A DNA stretch of 22,525 nt from Opitutales bacterium (GTDB lineage: Bacteria > Verrucomicrobiota > Verrucomicrobiia > Opitutales > UBA9783). The notes under the pieces were generated by a model that saw only the letters and a program-made list of their open reading frames with translations, was not told the origin of the DNA and made no database searches. The stretch spans positions 1 to 22,525 of the forward strand of contig JAKSVZ010000014.1 of assembly GCA_024407725.1 (NCBI GenBank). The letters run 5' to 3'. How positions within the stretch are numbered: position 1 is the first letter of the stretch; every line of letters starts with the position of its first letter. The position numbers and the translations under genes were made by a program. Below are positions 8,921-19,744 of the stretch, piece by piece.

Positions 8921-10234
8921 TTACAAATCTCCGAGCATAAACATTAATTCAGCCGACGAAACTACCTGATCGGCTACTAAGCATTGCGCTTCGGCGTATC
9001 CAATACAATTGTTTTTTATTTTAAGCAATTTTGCTTCGATGCGCAATTGATCGCCGGGTTGAACAATATGACGGAATTTTACCTTATCCGCACTCATGAA
9101 AAACACCTGTTTGTTTTGGGCGCTTGTATTGAGTTTGATGCCCAACAGGATACCCGCGGCTTGCGCCATGGCTTCAACCTGTAACACGCCTGGAAACACC
9201 GGATTTTCAGGGAAATGTCCGGTAAAGCACGGTTCATTGATGGTGATGTTTTTAAGCGCGACCAAGGTATTATCTTGTATGGCCAACACGCGATCGACCA
9301 TGGCAAAGGGGTAACGGTGCGGTAATAGCTTTAAAATTCCATGAATATCAATGGCAGCGGACGAATTGGATGGCGATAATGGCAGCGCCGTTTGTTCTTC
9401 TTGTGCCAAAATAGCTTTGGTTAAGCGCGCATTGAGCGTATGTCCGGTCTTAATCGCAATGATATGCCCTTTAATCGGATGTCCTACTAGGGATAAATCT
9501 CCCAAAATATCCAATATTTTGTGGCGTACGAACTCATCCGCATAACGCATGGGGCCGTTTGATAAGTATTTATCGCCCTTGATAACCACGGCGCAATCCA
9601 AGGTACCGCCTTTAATCTTCCCCAACTTCAGCAGCGGTTCGATATCCTCATAGGTTGTGAATGTGCGGGCAGCAGCGATCTCACTTGCGTAGGTGTTGGG
9701 ATCAATCGTGAGCGATAAATGCTGCGTGTGGGTTTTACGGCTATCCGTTGAGGTGCATGTAATTTTCAACGTCTCGCAGGGTAATGCGAGCAAGGAACGA
9801 TCTCCATCTACAATGGAAATGGGTTCCATGATTTCCCAGCAAAACGCTTCGGCTTTTTGCGTTATAATTTCGGCTTTTGTTAACGCTTCGACCCAAGGCT
9901 GTGCGGAACCATCCAAAATAGGCAGTTCGCATCCATTGACCTCAACGGTTAAGTTGGTAATTCCCAATCCGTAGCAGGCGCTTAATAAATGCTCAATCGT
10001 ATTGATTTTTACCCCATCCTTATTAAGGGTGGTGTTGCGTAAGCAATCCGATGGGTTTAAATGCTCGATGGTTGCTGGAATTTGTACGGTATGTCCCTTG
10101 TGGGTTACTTGAAATAGAATTCCTTGATTTTCAGGTGCTGGGCATAAAACAGCCTTAGTAGCTTCTCCGGTATGAAGGCCATTACCGGCTACTTCGATTC
10201 TATTTTTAATCGTTTTTTGTACTAACGAACTCAT
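8921..10234 (-). CDS. lpxC/fabZ: Bifunctional UDP-3-O-acyl-GlcNAc deacetylase / 3-hydroxyacyl-ACP dehydratase (LpxC-FabZ fusion)
   Basis: The N-terminal ~280 aa are LpxC-like (TIKNRIEVAGNGLHTGE..., NTIEHLLSA, HKILDILGDL). The C-terminal ~145 aa are FabZ-like (LLPHRYPFAMVDRV..., CFTGHFPENPVFPGVLQVEAMAQ). It is one continuous 437-aa ORF. Confidence 0.93.
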   Translation of the reverse strand: MSSLVQKTIKNRIEVAGNGLHTGEATKAVLCPAPENQGILFQVTHKGHTVQIPATIEHLNPSDCLRNTTLNKDGVKINTIEHLLSACYGLGITNLTVEVNGCELPILDGSAQPWVEALTKAEIITQKAEAFCWEIMEPISIVDGDRSLLALPCETLKITCTSTDSRKTHTQHLSLTIDPNTYASEIAAARTFTTYEDIEPLLKLGKIKGGTLDCAVVIKGDKYLSNGPMRYADEFVRHKILDILGDLSLVGHPIKGHIIAIKTGHTLNARLTKAILAQEEQTALPLSPSNSSAAIDIHGILKLLPHRYPFAMVDRVLAIQDNTLVALKNITINEPCFTGHFPENPVFPGVLQVEAMAQAAGILLGIKLNTSAQNKQVFFMSADKVKFRHIVQPGDQLRIEAKLLKIKNNCIGYAEAQCLVADQVVSSAELMFMLGDL

Positions 10235-10248
10235 GGGGCTAATTTAAA

Positions 10249-10596
<348 letters not shown>

Positions 10597-10607
10597 TTAA
10601 GGGTAGG

Positions 10608-11840
10608 TTAGTTGATATATTTTTGAAGGGCTTTTTCGCGCTCAACAAGGGTTGGATGGGTGTAATGGAAGGTGCTGAACCAAGGGTGCGGAAATGGATT
10701 GCTCGCATTTTCCCGATAAAGCTTCTTTAACGCATGGATGAGGTTGGCAGCACACTGTTCGTACTGTTTGGCTGCAAACGCATCCGCTTGGTATTCAAAG
10801 TGACGAGAGAAGCAATTGAACAGAGGGCTTAGCCAGTAGGTGAACAAGGAACCTGCCGTTGCCAATAACACCAACACAACCAAGGGGGTCGTACTGGGTA
10901 CATGCAATTGAGTCGCAATCCAATCGCTATGCAGGAGGCAATCGCATAGTTTTAAGAGCATACCGGTTCCAACGCCAAAAATAAGCAGTTGTTTGGGTAA
11001 ATGGTGGCATTTATCGTGTCCCATTTCGTGCGCTACCACCGCAACAATTTCATCCTCGGTTGCTTGCTTAAGCAGGGTATCGTAGAGGACGATATGCTGA
11101 ATGCCGCCAATGCCGCTGTAGTAAGCGTTCGAGTGGGTAGAGCGTTTGCTTGAATCTAGTACTTGAATTTTAGTGGCTTTAAACCCAGCGCATTCTCCCA
11201 ATTGGGTTAAGCGCTGTTTGAGCGTTCCGTCTTCTAAGGGTGTCAGTTTGTTGAAGAGCGGTAAAATCAGTTTGGGATAGACCCAAATCAAAATAACCTG
11301 AAGTCCTGTATAACCGATGGCGCCCAACAACCACCAGCTGTTTGGATAGCCTTGAATGAGCCATAGTAAGGCGGTAATTAAGGGGATTTGGAGGCAGGCG
11401 CTGACAAAAATTCCTTTGAGTTGATCCATGAACCATAGGCTGCGCGAGGAACGATTAAACCCAAAACGGCTTTCGATTTGAAAGGTATGCAGGTAGTCCA
11501 ATGGCAGAGTGGGTAGGCTCAACAAGAACATCCAGAGGAACAGTATGGTGCTTTGCCCCCATAGGGAGTGAACGGACGGAAAGCAGTTCAAGAATAAACT
11601 CATGAGCTCTAGGGCAAAAATCAGTCCCAGCCAAGACGAACGGTAAAAAGTTTTTAGGATAGAAAATGAATTGCAGCTTAAGGAATAGTGGATGCTTTTG
11701 CGAAACGCCTCCTCATCCAAAAAGTCCTTAAAGGGATTATTGTTGCTGTTTTTACGGATGTTGTGATGGTTAAGAATCAACAGCGCGGTCTCGCAGATAA
11801 AATAAACCACCAAAAGAATAAACAACTGGGTTGTCAGCAT
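10608..11840 (-). CDS. M48-family zinc metallopeptidase (Ste24/HtpX-like, multi-TM)
   Basis: HEMGH zinc motif (VVAHEMGHDKCHH), several N-terminal hydrophobic helices, and a C-terminal ...HYTHPTLVEREKAL tail typical of Ste24-type M48 peptidases. 410 aa. Confidence 0.85.
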   Translation of the reverse strand: MLTTQLFILLVVYFICETALLILNHHNIRKNSNNNPFKDFLDEEAFRKSIHYSLSCNSFSILKTFYRSSWLGLIFALELMSLFLNCFPSVHSLWGQSTILFLWMFLLSLPTLPLDYLHTFQIESRFGFNRSSRSLWFMDQLKGIFVSACLQIPLITALLWLIQGYPNSWWLLGAIGYTGLQVILIWVYPKLILPLFNKLTPLEDGTLKQRLTQLGECAGFKATKIQVLDSSKRSTHSNAYYSGIGGIQHIVLYDTLLKQATEDEIVAVVAHEMGHDKCHHLPKQLLIFGVGTGMLLKLCDCLLHSDWIATQLHVPSTTPLVVLVLLATAGSLFTYWLSPLFNCFSRHFEYQADAFAAKQYEQCAANLIHALKKLYRENASNPFPHPWFSTFHYTHPTLVEREKALQKYIN

Positions 11841-11868
11841 AGTTACCTCTTCATTTTAATAATGCAAT

Positions 11869-11898
11869 TTGCAAATAAACAAATCCTTTTTTTAATAT
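11869..11898 (+). promoter_or_regulatory. Candidate promoter for xseB (TTGCAA, 17-18 nt, TTAATA/TAATAT), implying a leaderless or near-leaderless mRNA
   Basis: TTGCAA at 11869-11874 and an AT-rich -10-like hexamer at 11892-11898. The xseB ATG is at 11904 with no Shine-Dalgarno. By-eye hexamer match in an AT-rich divergent intergenic region. Confidence 0.2.
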
Positions 11899-11903
11899 AA
11901 ATT

Positions 11904-12131
11904 ATGGGCGAAGGAAAAAGTAAGAAAGCGCTTTCGTTTGAAGAAGCTATAGGGCATTTAGAGCGCATTGTTCGTGAGTTGGAATCAGGAGATGTTCCGT
12001 TGGAGCAATTGGTGGCCAGCTACAAAGAAGGATTGTTTTATCAACGATACTGCCAAAAGCAGTTGGAACGATCGGCTTTATTGCTGGAACGGCTTAAGCC
12101 AGATGGTACGACCGACAGCTTGGATGCGTAA
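11904..12131 (+). CDS. xseB: Exodeoxyribonuclease VII small subunit XseB
   Basis: 75 aa. LSFEEAIGHLERIVRELESGDVPLEQLVASYKEG matches the XseB helical-hairpin signature. Confidence 0.88.
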   Translation: MGEGKSKKALSFEEAIGHLERIVRELESGDVPLEQLVASYKEGLFYQRYCQKQLERSALLLERLKPDGTTDSLDA

Positions 12132-12187
12132 AATCGTTGACCCTGAGGGCTGTTTAGGCTTAATTTTTTAATAAAAAATTACAATTG

Positions 12188-13171
12188 ATGAACAACAGGT
12201 CTGAACAGGTTAAGACATTTTTAGATTCCATTGCTACCATGAATGTATGGGTCATTGGCGATGGAATGTTGGATCATTACATTTGGGGTAATGTCCATCG
12301 TATTTCGCCGGAAGCGCCGGTTCCAGTGGTGGCTATCGACAAAGATACTTATCGTTTGGGCGGTGCGTGTAATGTAGCGTTAAATTTGCAGAAATTGGGC
12401 GCGTCGGTAAGATTTTTTGGCCCAATTGGCGCAGATAATGCGGGGCGGATGATGCAGCAATTATTAACGGACAATCACATCCATTATCCCCAAACAGATG
12501 AGTCATCGGCGGTATCAACCATTGTAAAAACGCGGGTGATTGCGCGCAATCAGCAGCTGTTTCGCTTAGACCGAGAGAAAGTATTTACACCCGATCAGGT
12601 GCGCTATTTGGAGCATCAAATCGAACAGGGATTAGCAACCGAGAAGGTTACAGCGGTAATTGTTTCAGATTACGCTAAAGGGAGTGTTACCCAGTCCTTG
12701 TTGAATAAGCTGTGCGAGCTCAAACAAAAATACGGATTTTTCTTAGCCATTGATCCGAAACCCGGACATGGATTGAACTACAGCGGTGCAGATTTGTTAA
12801 AGCCGAATCAGGCAGAAGCACGGCAATTAGCGAAACTTGAAGCTTCTGATGCCTCGTTAACGGAAATTGCTCAAGCTATTCTGCATACCCATCGTGTACG
12901 TTATTTAGCGGTTACCTTGGGGGAAGATGGCTTAGCAATCATTCATGAATCGGGCAAGGTGGATATCATTCCAACGGTTACCAAAGAAGTTTTTGATGTT
13001 TCGGGTGCCGGTGATACTGCTTTAGTTGCGTTAACAGCCGCATTGTGTGCCAAAGCTGCTCCAGAGGAAGCCGGTTGGTTTGCCAATCTGTTATCGGGAT
13101 TGGTGATCAAAAAAGTGGGTACTGCCAGTACAACCCCAGAGGAAATTTTAAACGCTGTTTCTAAAGCGTAA
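12188..13171 (+). CDS. hldA: D-glycero-beta-D-manno-heptose-7-phosphate kinase (RfaE/HldE domain I only; PfkB family)
   Basis: VWVIGDGMLDHYIWGNVHRISPEAPVPVV is the characteristic RfaE domain I N-terminus, and the PfkB signature DVSGAGDT lies near the C-terminus. No adenylyltransferase domain is attached. The ORF track begins at TTG 12185, but the adjacent ATG at 12188 is the more likely start. Confidence 0.85.
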   Translation: MNNRSEQVKTFLDSIATMNVWVIGDGMLDHYIWGNVHRISPEAPVPVVAIDKDTYRLGGACNVALNLQKLGASVRFFGPIGADNAGRMMQQLLTDNHIHYPQTDESSAVSTIVKTRVIARNQQLFRLDREKVFTPDQVRYLEHQIEQGLATEKVTAVIVSDYAKGSVTQSLLNKLCELKQKYGFFLAIDPKPGHGLNYSGADLLKPNQAEARQLAKLEASDASLTEIAQAILHTHRVRYLAVTLGEDGLAIIHESGKVDIIPTVTKEVFDVSGAGDTALVALTAALCAKAAPEEAGWFANLLSGLVIKKVGTASTTPEEILNAVSKA

Positions 13172-13173
13172 GG

Positions 13174-14421
13174 TTAAAGCGTCGTTTCTCCTTGAAACAC
13201 AGCTTTTTCTTTAAAAAAGCGGGCAACGCACGCCGTTGTAATGATGAGCATGACGGGAATAATGCTTAATCCAAGGCGGTAAGATTCGCTTAAGGTATGG
13301 GTTGAGGAAACTCCATCAATGATCCAACCCACAATCGGTTGCCCTAATCCGCAAACCGTCATACAAAGCATGTTGGTGAATGAGATGGAGCTGGCTCCCA
13401 TATGGCTTGGATTCAAGTTGGCGCAGGCAACAAACCCAACCACTTGTCCGCCGCAGCTGCCCCCTAATGCGGCAATTAAAATGGCCATCGAAATAAATTG
13501 TTGGGGAGGGAACCAAAGTAAGGCAGTAAATAGGAGGGTTGCTGCTATACCGCTAACAACGAGCGGCGTTTTTCTGGATTGCAAGCGATCTGAAATCCAA
13601 CCGACCGTAGGAGCCGCGATAGCCCAGCTTATATTCAGAATGGATACCAACTGAGACGCTTCTAGTTGAGTGAAATGGCATATTTGTGTAAAGTAGGGAA
13701 TTCCCCATAAGTCTGCAAAGATGGCAAAGGGCGCAAATAAAGTACCGGTTAATAAACCGATGAGCCACGTGTGTTTTTGCTTTGCTAAGTACCATAGGCG
13801 CATACGAACCGCTTGCCAAGTGCTTTCAAACACTTGCGTTGGTTTGTCGTGCGGAATGAAGCAATACAGAAGGGAAAGGACGAGCAATCCAAATCCAAAG
13901 GCTAACAGCCAAACGTTCGTATAGGTTGTAGATAGAGCGGACAAAGAGGTTTGGGCGGTGACAGCGCCTACAATTCCCAAGGTACTGGTTAATCCGGATA
14001 GCATTGCTAAGCGTTTTGGTGGGAATAAGGTGGTGCATAGATACATGATACCCACGAAACCGAATGCGGATGCAAATCCCATTCCAAAACGCCCGATGCC
14101 TAAAAACATGAGGGGTTCTAAGGGGATGAGGGGTAACAAGCAACTGACCGCTAAAAGTCCGCTGTGCAGCAAAAAGAGTTTACGGCCACCAAAGCTGTCG
14201 AACAAAGGCCCTACCAGCAATTGCATAGGAGAATAAATCAAAAAGTAGATACTAGCGGCAGCCGCGATTTGCGACATGGAGGCGTTTAGTGGCGATTCAG
14301 CTGTCCGATTTAAAATACTGGGGATAACGCGTACAAAGTATTCATATAAATAAAAGAGAGACCCAACGCTCCAGATAAAATAAGCGTAAAAACTGCCTTT
14401 TTTCATATCTTTTTTCAGCAT
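13174..14421 (-). CDS. MFS-family transporter (substrate unknown)
   Basis: 415 aa, hydrophobic throughout with about 12 predicted helices arranged 6+6 around a central loop (HDKPTQVFESTWQAVRMRLWYLAKQK). Motif-A-like GPLFDSFGGRK follows TM2. Confidence 0.8.
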   Translation of the reverse strand: MLKKDMKKGSFYAYFIWSVGSLFYLYEYFVRVIPSILNRTAESPLNASMSQIAAAASIYFLIYSPMQLLVGPLFDSFGGRKLFLLHSGLLAVSCLLPLIPLEPLMFLGIGRFGMGFASAFGFVGIMYLCTTLFPPKRLAMLSGLTSTLGIVGAVTAQTSLSALSTTYTNVWLLAFGFGLLVLSLLYCFIPHDKPTQVFESTWQAVRMRLWYLAKQKHTWLIGLLTGTLFAPFAIFADLWGIPYFTQICHFTQLEASQLVSILNISWAIAAPTVGWISDRLQSRKTPLVVSGIAATLLFTALLWFPPQQFISMAILIAALGGSCGGQVVGFVACANLNPSHMGASSISFTNMLCMTVCGLGQPIVGWIIDGVSSTHTLSESYRLGLSIIPVMLIITTACVARFFKEKAVFQGETTL

Positions 14422-14450
14422 AATGCATTGAATGTAGGTTGCAACGTATT

Positions 14451-16743
<2,293 letters not shown>

Positions 16744-16803
16744 TTAACAACGCCCCTTGCTTTTTTAAAAACATTGAGTTTTTTAGCGTACTGCAAATTT
16801 ATA

Positions 16804-16878
16804 TGGCACCCTGTAGGAGAATCGAACTCCTATTGTCGAGATGAGAACCCGATGTCCTGACCGTTAGACGAACAGGGC
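16804..16878 (-). tRNA. tRNA-Glu (anticodon CUC), CCA encoded
   Basis: The minus-strand read GCCCTGTTCGTCTAACGGTCAGGACATCGGGTTCTCATCTCGACAATAGGAGTTCGATTCTCCTACAGGGTGCCA folds by hand into a cloverleaf. It has a 7-bp acceptor (with G1.U72), D stem GTCT/GGAC, anticodon stem TCGGG/CTCGA, loop TT-CTC-AT, T arm AGGAG-TTCGATT-CTCCT, discriminator G and CCA. Its D-arm resembles E. coli tRNA-Glu. Confidence 0.9.
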
Positions 16879-17000
16879 AGCTTATATTATTAGAAAAAGT
16901 TTTTATGCCCCGAGTTGCAAGCCTTTTTGCTTAAGTTTGCTGGCAGATTGTAGGACGAGGTAAAAAGGGTGCAAATAAATATAGCTAAGCATAGGGCAAC

Positions 17001-17032
17001 AAAAAAACGCATGCAAATTGCATGCGTTTTTT
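17001..17032 (-). terminator. Rho-independent, bidirectional-looking terminator downstream of the outer-membrane protein gene
   Basis: The A7 run (17001-17007) precedes a perfect palindromic hairpin, CGCATGCA-AAT-TGCATGCG (17008-17026). A T6 run (17027-17032) follows it. It lies 25 nt beyond the OMP stop codon (17058). Confidence 0.85.
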
Positions 17033-17057
17033 GTTATTTCTTTAACAGTTAGTTAGA

Positions 17058-17846
17058 TTAGAACTGTAATCCAGCACCGATAAAGAATTGATCCGACTTT
17101 AGATTGGCTTGCTTATCCCAGTCGTTACCTAACATACGGGAAGTTCCGATTTGCTTGGTGGCTACATGACGATAACCGAAGTCAAACAAGATCGCTTGCC
17201 AGTTGATACGTCCGAAGATCATGAAGTTGTACATGAACATTCCAGCATGTAGGTATCGATGACCTACAACACTCTTAGCGCCACCGAAGAGCCCCCCATT
17301 ATTCAATTTGGGAGTAATTATCGTTGTGAACCTTGTTGCGGAATATCCACCACCGATACCACCGGCGATACATACAGAAGCCCAGTCCAATAGGTATTGC
17401 TCATAAGTCAAGTTAACCATTGCGCCTACCATACGGATGTTTTTAGGAGCTAATTGTAGATTGTCAATCTGGTCATCCACAACCATCGCTGGAATCTCAG
17501 CATCTTTCAAAATGTTCTTGGAGGCTAAAAATCCATCATCCTTTTTGAATTTAGCATAAGCACCCATGATTTCGAAATCGACATTGATGCCAGCGAAATT
17601 CCAAATATCATACATCGAACCAAAAGCAACCGATAAATTCTTGTGGCTCTTGTATTCAGGTTTTTCTAATTCATCCAATCCCTTTTGTGTCTCTTCGTGA
17701 TTACAAGTAACCTTGTCTTGAGCTTTGAGGGAGCCAAATCCGCTACGTACCATTACGTAATGTCCTACGGCACCTTCACCTACGCTAGCGAACAATGCAC
17801 TGCTGGATACAGCACCGCATAACGCCATTAATAATTTTTTATTCAT
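17058..17846 (-). CDS. Outer-membrane beta-barrel protein (porin/OmpA-barrel-like), 262 aa
   Basis: Signal peptide MNKKLLMALCGAVSSSALFASVG, alternating amphipathic beta-strand pattern, aromatic girdle residues, and the C-terminal terminal-Phe signature FFIGAGLQF. Good RBS (AAGGA) upstream of the ATG. Confidence 0.8.
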   Translation of the reverse strand: MNKKLLMALCGAVSSSALFASVGEGAVGHYVMVRSGFGSLKAQDKVTCNHEETQKGLDELEKPEYKSHKNLSVAFGSMYDIWNFAGINVDFEIMGAYAKFKKDDGFLASKNILKDAEIPAMVVDDQIDNLQLAPKNIRMVGAMVNLTYEQYLLDWASVCIAGGIGGGYSATRFTTIITPKLNNGGLFGGAKSVVGHRYLHAGMFMYNFMIFGRINWQAILFDFGYRHVATKQIGTSRMLGNDWDKQANLKSDQFFIGAGLQF

Positions 17847-17925
17847 TTTATTCCTTTTTTATAAAAAGTTTTCAGTAAAAATTTGTTTTGTCAAGTTTCT
17901 TTGTTCGATAATTTAAATAAATATA

Positions 17926-19407
17926 CTAAACTTTAAATAAAGCATTGAGTTTTGTCAACGTCTTTTTTGCATCTCCATAGATCATACGAACGGAATCTTT
18001 TGTAAACAGAGCATTTTCTAAGCCGGAATAGCCGCTGCCAGAACCGCGTTTGAGGATCAATACATTTTTAGCTTTGGATACTTCCAAAATGGGCATGCCG
18101 TACAAAGGTGAATTGGGGTTATCGACTGCATCGGAATTAACCACATCGTTTGCTCCGACCACAATGACCACATCGGTATTGGGGAAGCGTTCGTTGGCGG
18201 CTTCTAATTCGAGCAGTTGGTCATAATCCACATCGGCTTCTGCCAATAAAACATTCATGTGACCGGGCATACGTCCTGCCACGGGATGGATAGCAAAGAA
18301 CACTTCGGCCCCATGCTCCATCAGTTTTTGTGCGAAATCCTTAAGGGCATGTTGTGCTTGAGATACGGCGAGGCCATAACCAGGGACAATTCCGATCGTG
18401 CGGGCGGCCTCAATAGGATAATACGCATCCTCGATGGATAATTCTTTGGGGGTCTTATTGCTACTAGATTGCGCTTTGGTGGCTGTTGTTTTGAACCCTC
18501 CTAATAATACTTTAAGGATGGAACGGTTCATGGCCTTGCACATGATAACCGTTAAAATAAGGCCGCTGGTTCCTACCAGACAACCGGCAACAATCAGGAC
18601 TTTGTTTAAGGAAATAAGACCGGCTGCACAGGCTGCTAACCCTGAAAGGCTATTGAGCAGGGAGATGATGACGGGCATGTCCCCTCCTCCGATATGAAGT
18701 GTCCATAGAATTCCTGCAGCCAAGCACCAAATAATAACACCTATAAAGGGCGCCATGGTATCCCCATAGGCATAGGTTAAGGAGCGAGGGCCTAACCAAC
18801 GGTAGGAGCCAGCAATCAGCCCGATTAATAAGATAATATCCACGGCGCGTTGACCAGGGAAGGTGATAGATTTGCTGGGGAGCTTGCGGCTAAGTTTGCC
18901 ATAGGCTACTAAACTGCCCGTAAAGGTAATGCCTCCGATAATCACTGCCAACACAATGGCGATTTGTTCAAAATAGAGAGCAGGGCTATAAGGGGCTTGC
19001 GACCATGATATTTGATTAGCTATAAACTGATAGATAAGTTGATGGGTTGCCCGTGGGGTAGCAAACCATTCTGCAGGTAATGGGCGCATCAACTTTAGGC
19101 CTTCTACAATCCCAATCGCCCAGCTGGCTAATCCACCGAAGCCGTTAAATAGGGCGACCAGTTCGGGCATAGCGGTCATCTGAACTTTAATTGATAAGAT
19201 GAAGCCCAAAATCGCTCCTATTAATACGGTAAGGGATACCCAAAGCGGATTGGGTACGGGATAAGCGTATAAAGTGACGCTGATGGCGATTCCCATGCCG
19301 ATAGCAGAAATGAGATTTCCTTGGCGCGCGCTTGTGGCCTTTCCCATTTGCTTAATGCCGGTAATGAGTAAAATAGCAGCCAAAATGTAACCGCAATCAG
19401 CAATCAT
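17926..19407 (-). CDS. pntB: NAD(P) transhydrogenase subunit beta PntB
   Basis: N-terminal multi-TM domain plus C-terminal NADP(H)-binding dIII (GYGLAVSQAQH, HPVAGRMPGHMNVLLAEA, VIVVGANDVVN). Its start overlaps the pntAB stop (ATGA, 19404-19407). Confidence 0.95.
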   Translation of the reverse strand: MIADCGYILAAILLITGIKQMGKATSARQGNLISAIGMGIAISVTLYAYPVPNPLWVSLTVLIGAILGFILSIKVQMTAMPELVALFNGFGGLASWAIGIVEGLKLMRPLPAEWFATPRATHQLIYQFIANQISWSQAPYSPALYFEQIAIVLAVIIGGITFTGSLVAYGKLSRKLPSKSITFPGQRAVDIILLIGLIAGSYRWLGPRSLTYAYGDTMAPFIGVIIWCLAAGILWTLHIGGGDMPVIISLLNSLSGLAACAAGLISLNKVLIVAGCLVGTSGLILTVIMCKAMNRSILKVLLGGFKTTATKAQSSSNKTPKELSIEDAYYPIEAARTIGIVPGYGLAVSQAQHALKDFAQKLMEHGAEVFFAIHPVAGRMPGHMNVLLAEADVDYDQLLELEAANERFPNTDVVIVVGANDVVNSDAVDNPNSPLYGMPILEVSKAKNVLILKRGSGSGYSGLENALFTKDSVRMIYGDAKKTLTKLNALFKV

Positions 19408-19694
19408 CGATTTTCCTTATCTTTTGCATGAAACATTTTAAGCATGCGATCGGTTACCGCATAGCCACCTACAATGTTTAAGGTTGCGAACAAGATGCCG
19501 CCATAAGCTAAGATGGTTGTAATGCAATCAGTAGTGTGCGATAGAGCGATAAAAGCGCCTATGAGGGTAATGCCTGAAATCGCGTTGGTTCCTGACATTA
19601 AAGGGGTATGAAGCTGAGAGGGAACCTTTGTGATGAGCTCAAGCCCCAGCCAACTTGCTAAAACAATACAAATACCTAACCAACCGTATTCCAT
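19404..19694 (-). CDS. pntA: NAD(P) transhydrogenase subunit alpha part 2 (PntAB, membrane segment)
   Basis: 96-aa, three/four-helix membrane protein with LHTPLMSGTNAISGITLIGA, typical of the split-alpha PntAB. Translationally coupled to pntB. Confidence 0.88.
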   Translation of the reverse strand: MEYGWLGICIVLASWLGLELITKVPSQLHTPLMSGTNAISGITLIGAFIALSHTTDCITTILAYGGILFATLNIVGGYAVTDRMLKMFHAKDKENR

Positions 19695-19744
19695 TAAAAA
19701 TCATACAAAACGCTTTTGATGGTTTTGTAAAGAAAAGGTACGTT

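Noticed and set aside
17847-17925. A perfect TTGACA hexamer upstream of the OMP gene, considered as its -35 element
   Set aside because: No acceptable -10 hexamer lies 16-19 nt downstream. The best candidates are at most 3/6, or at spacings of 11 or 24 nt. I did not report it as a promoter.
19704-19729. A hairpin (TACAAAAC, 10-nt loop, GTTTTGTA) between the nuclease gene and pntAB, considered as a terminator
   Set aside because: The stem is almost entirely A/T, the loop is large and the trailing U-tract is interrupted. It is too weak to call, so read-through into pntAB remains possible.
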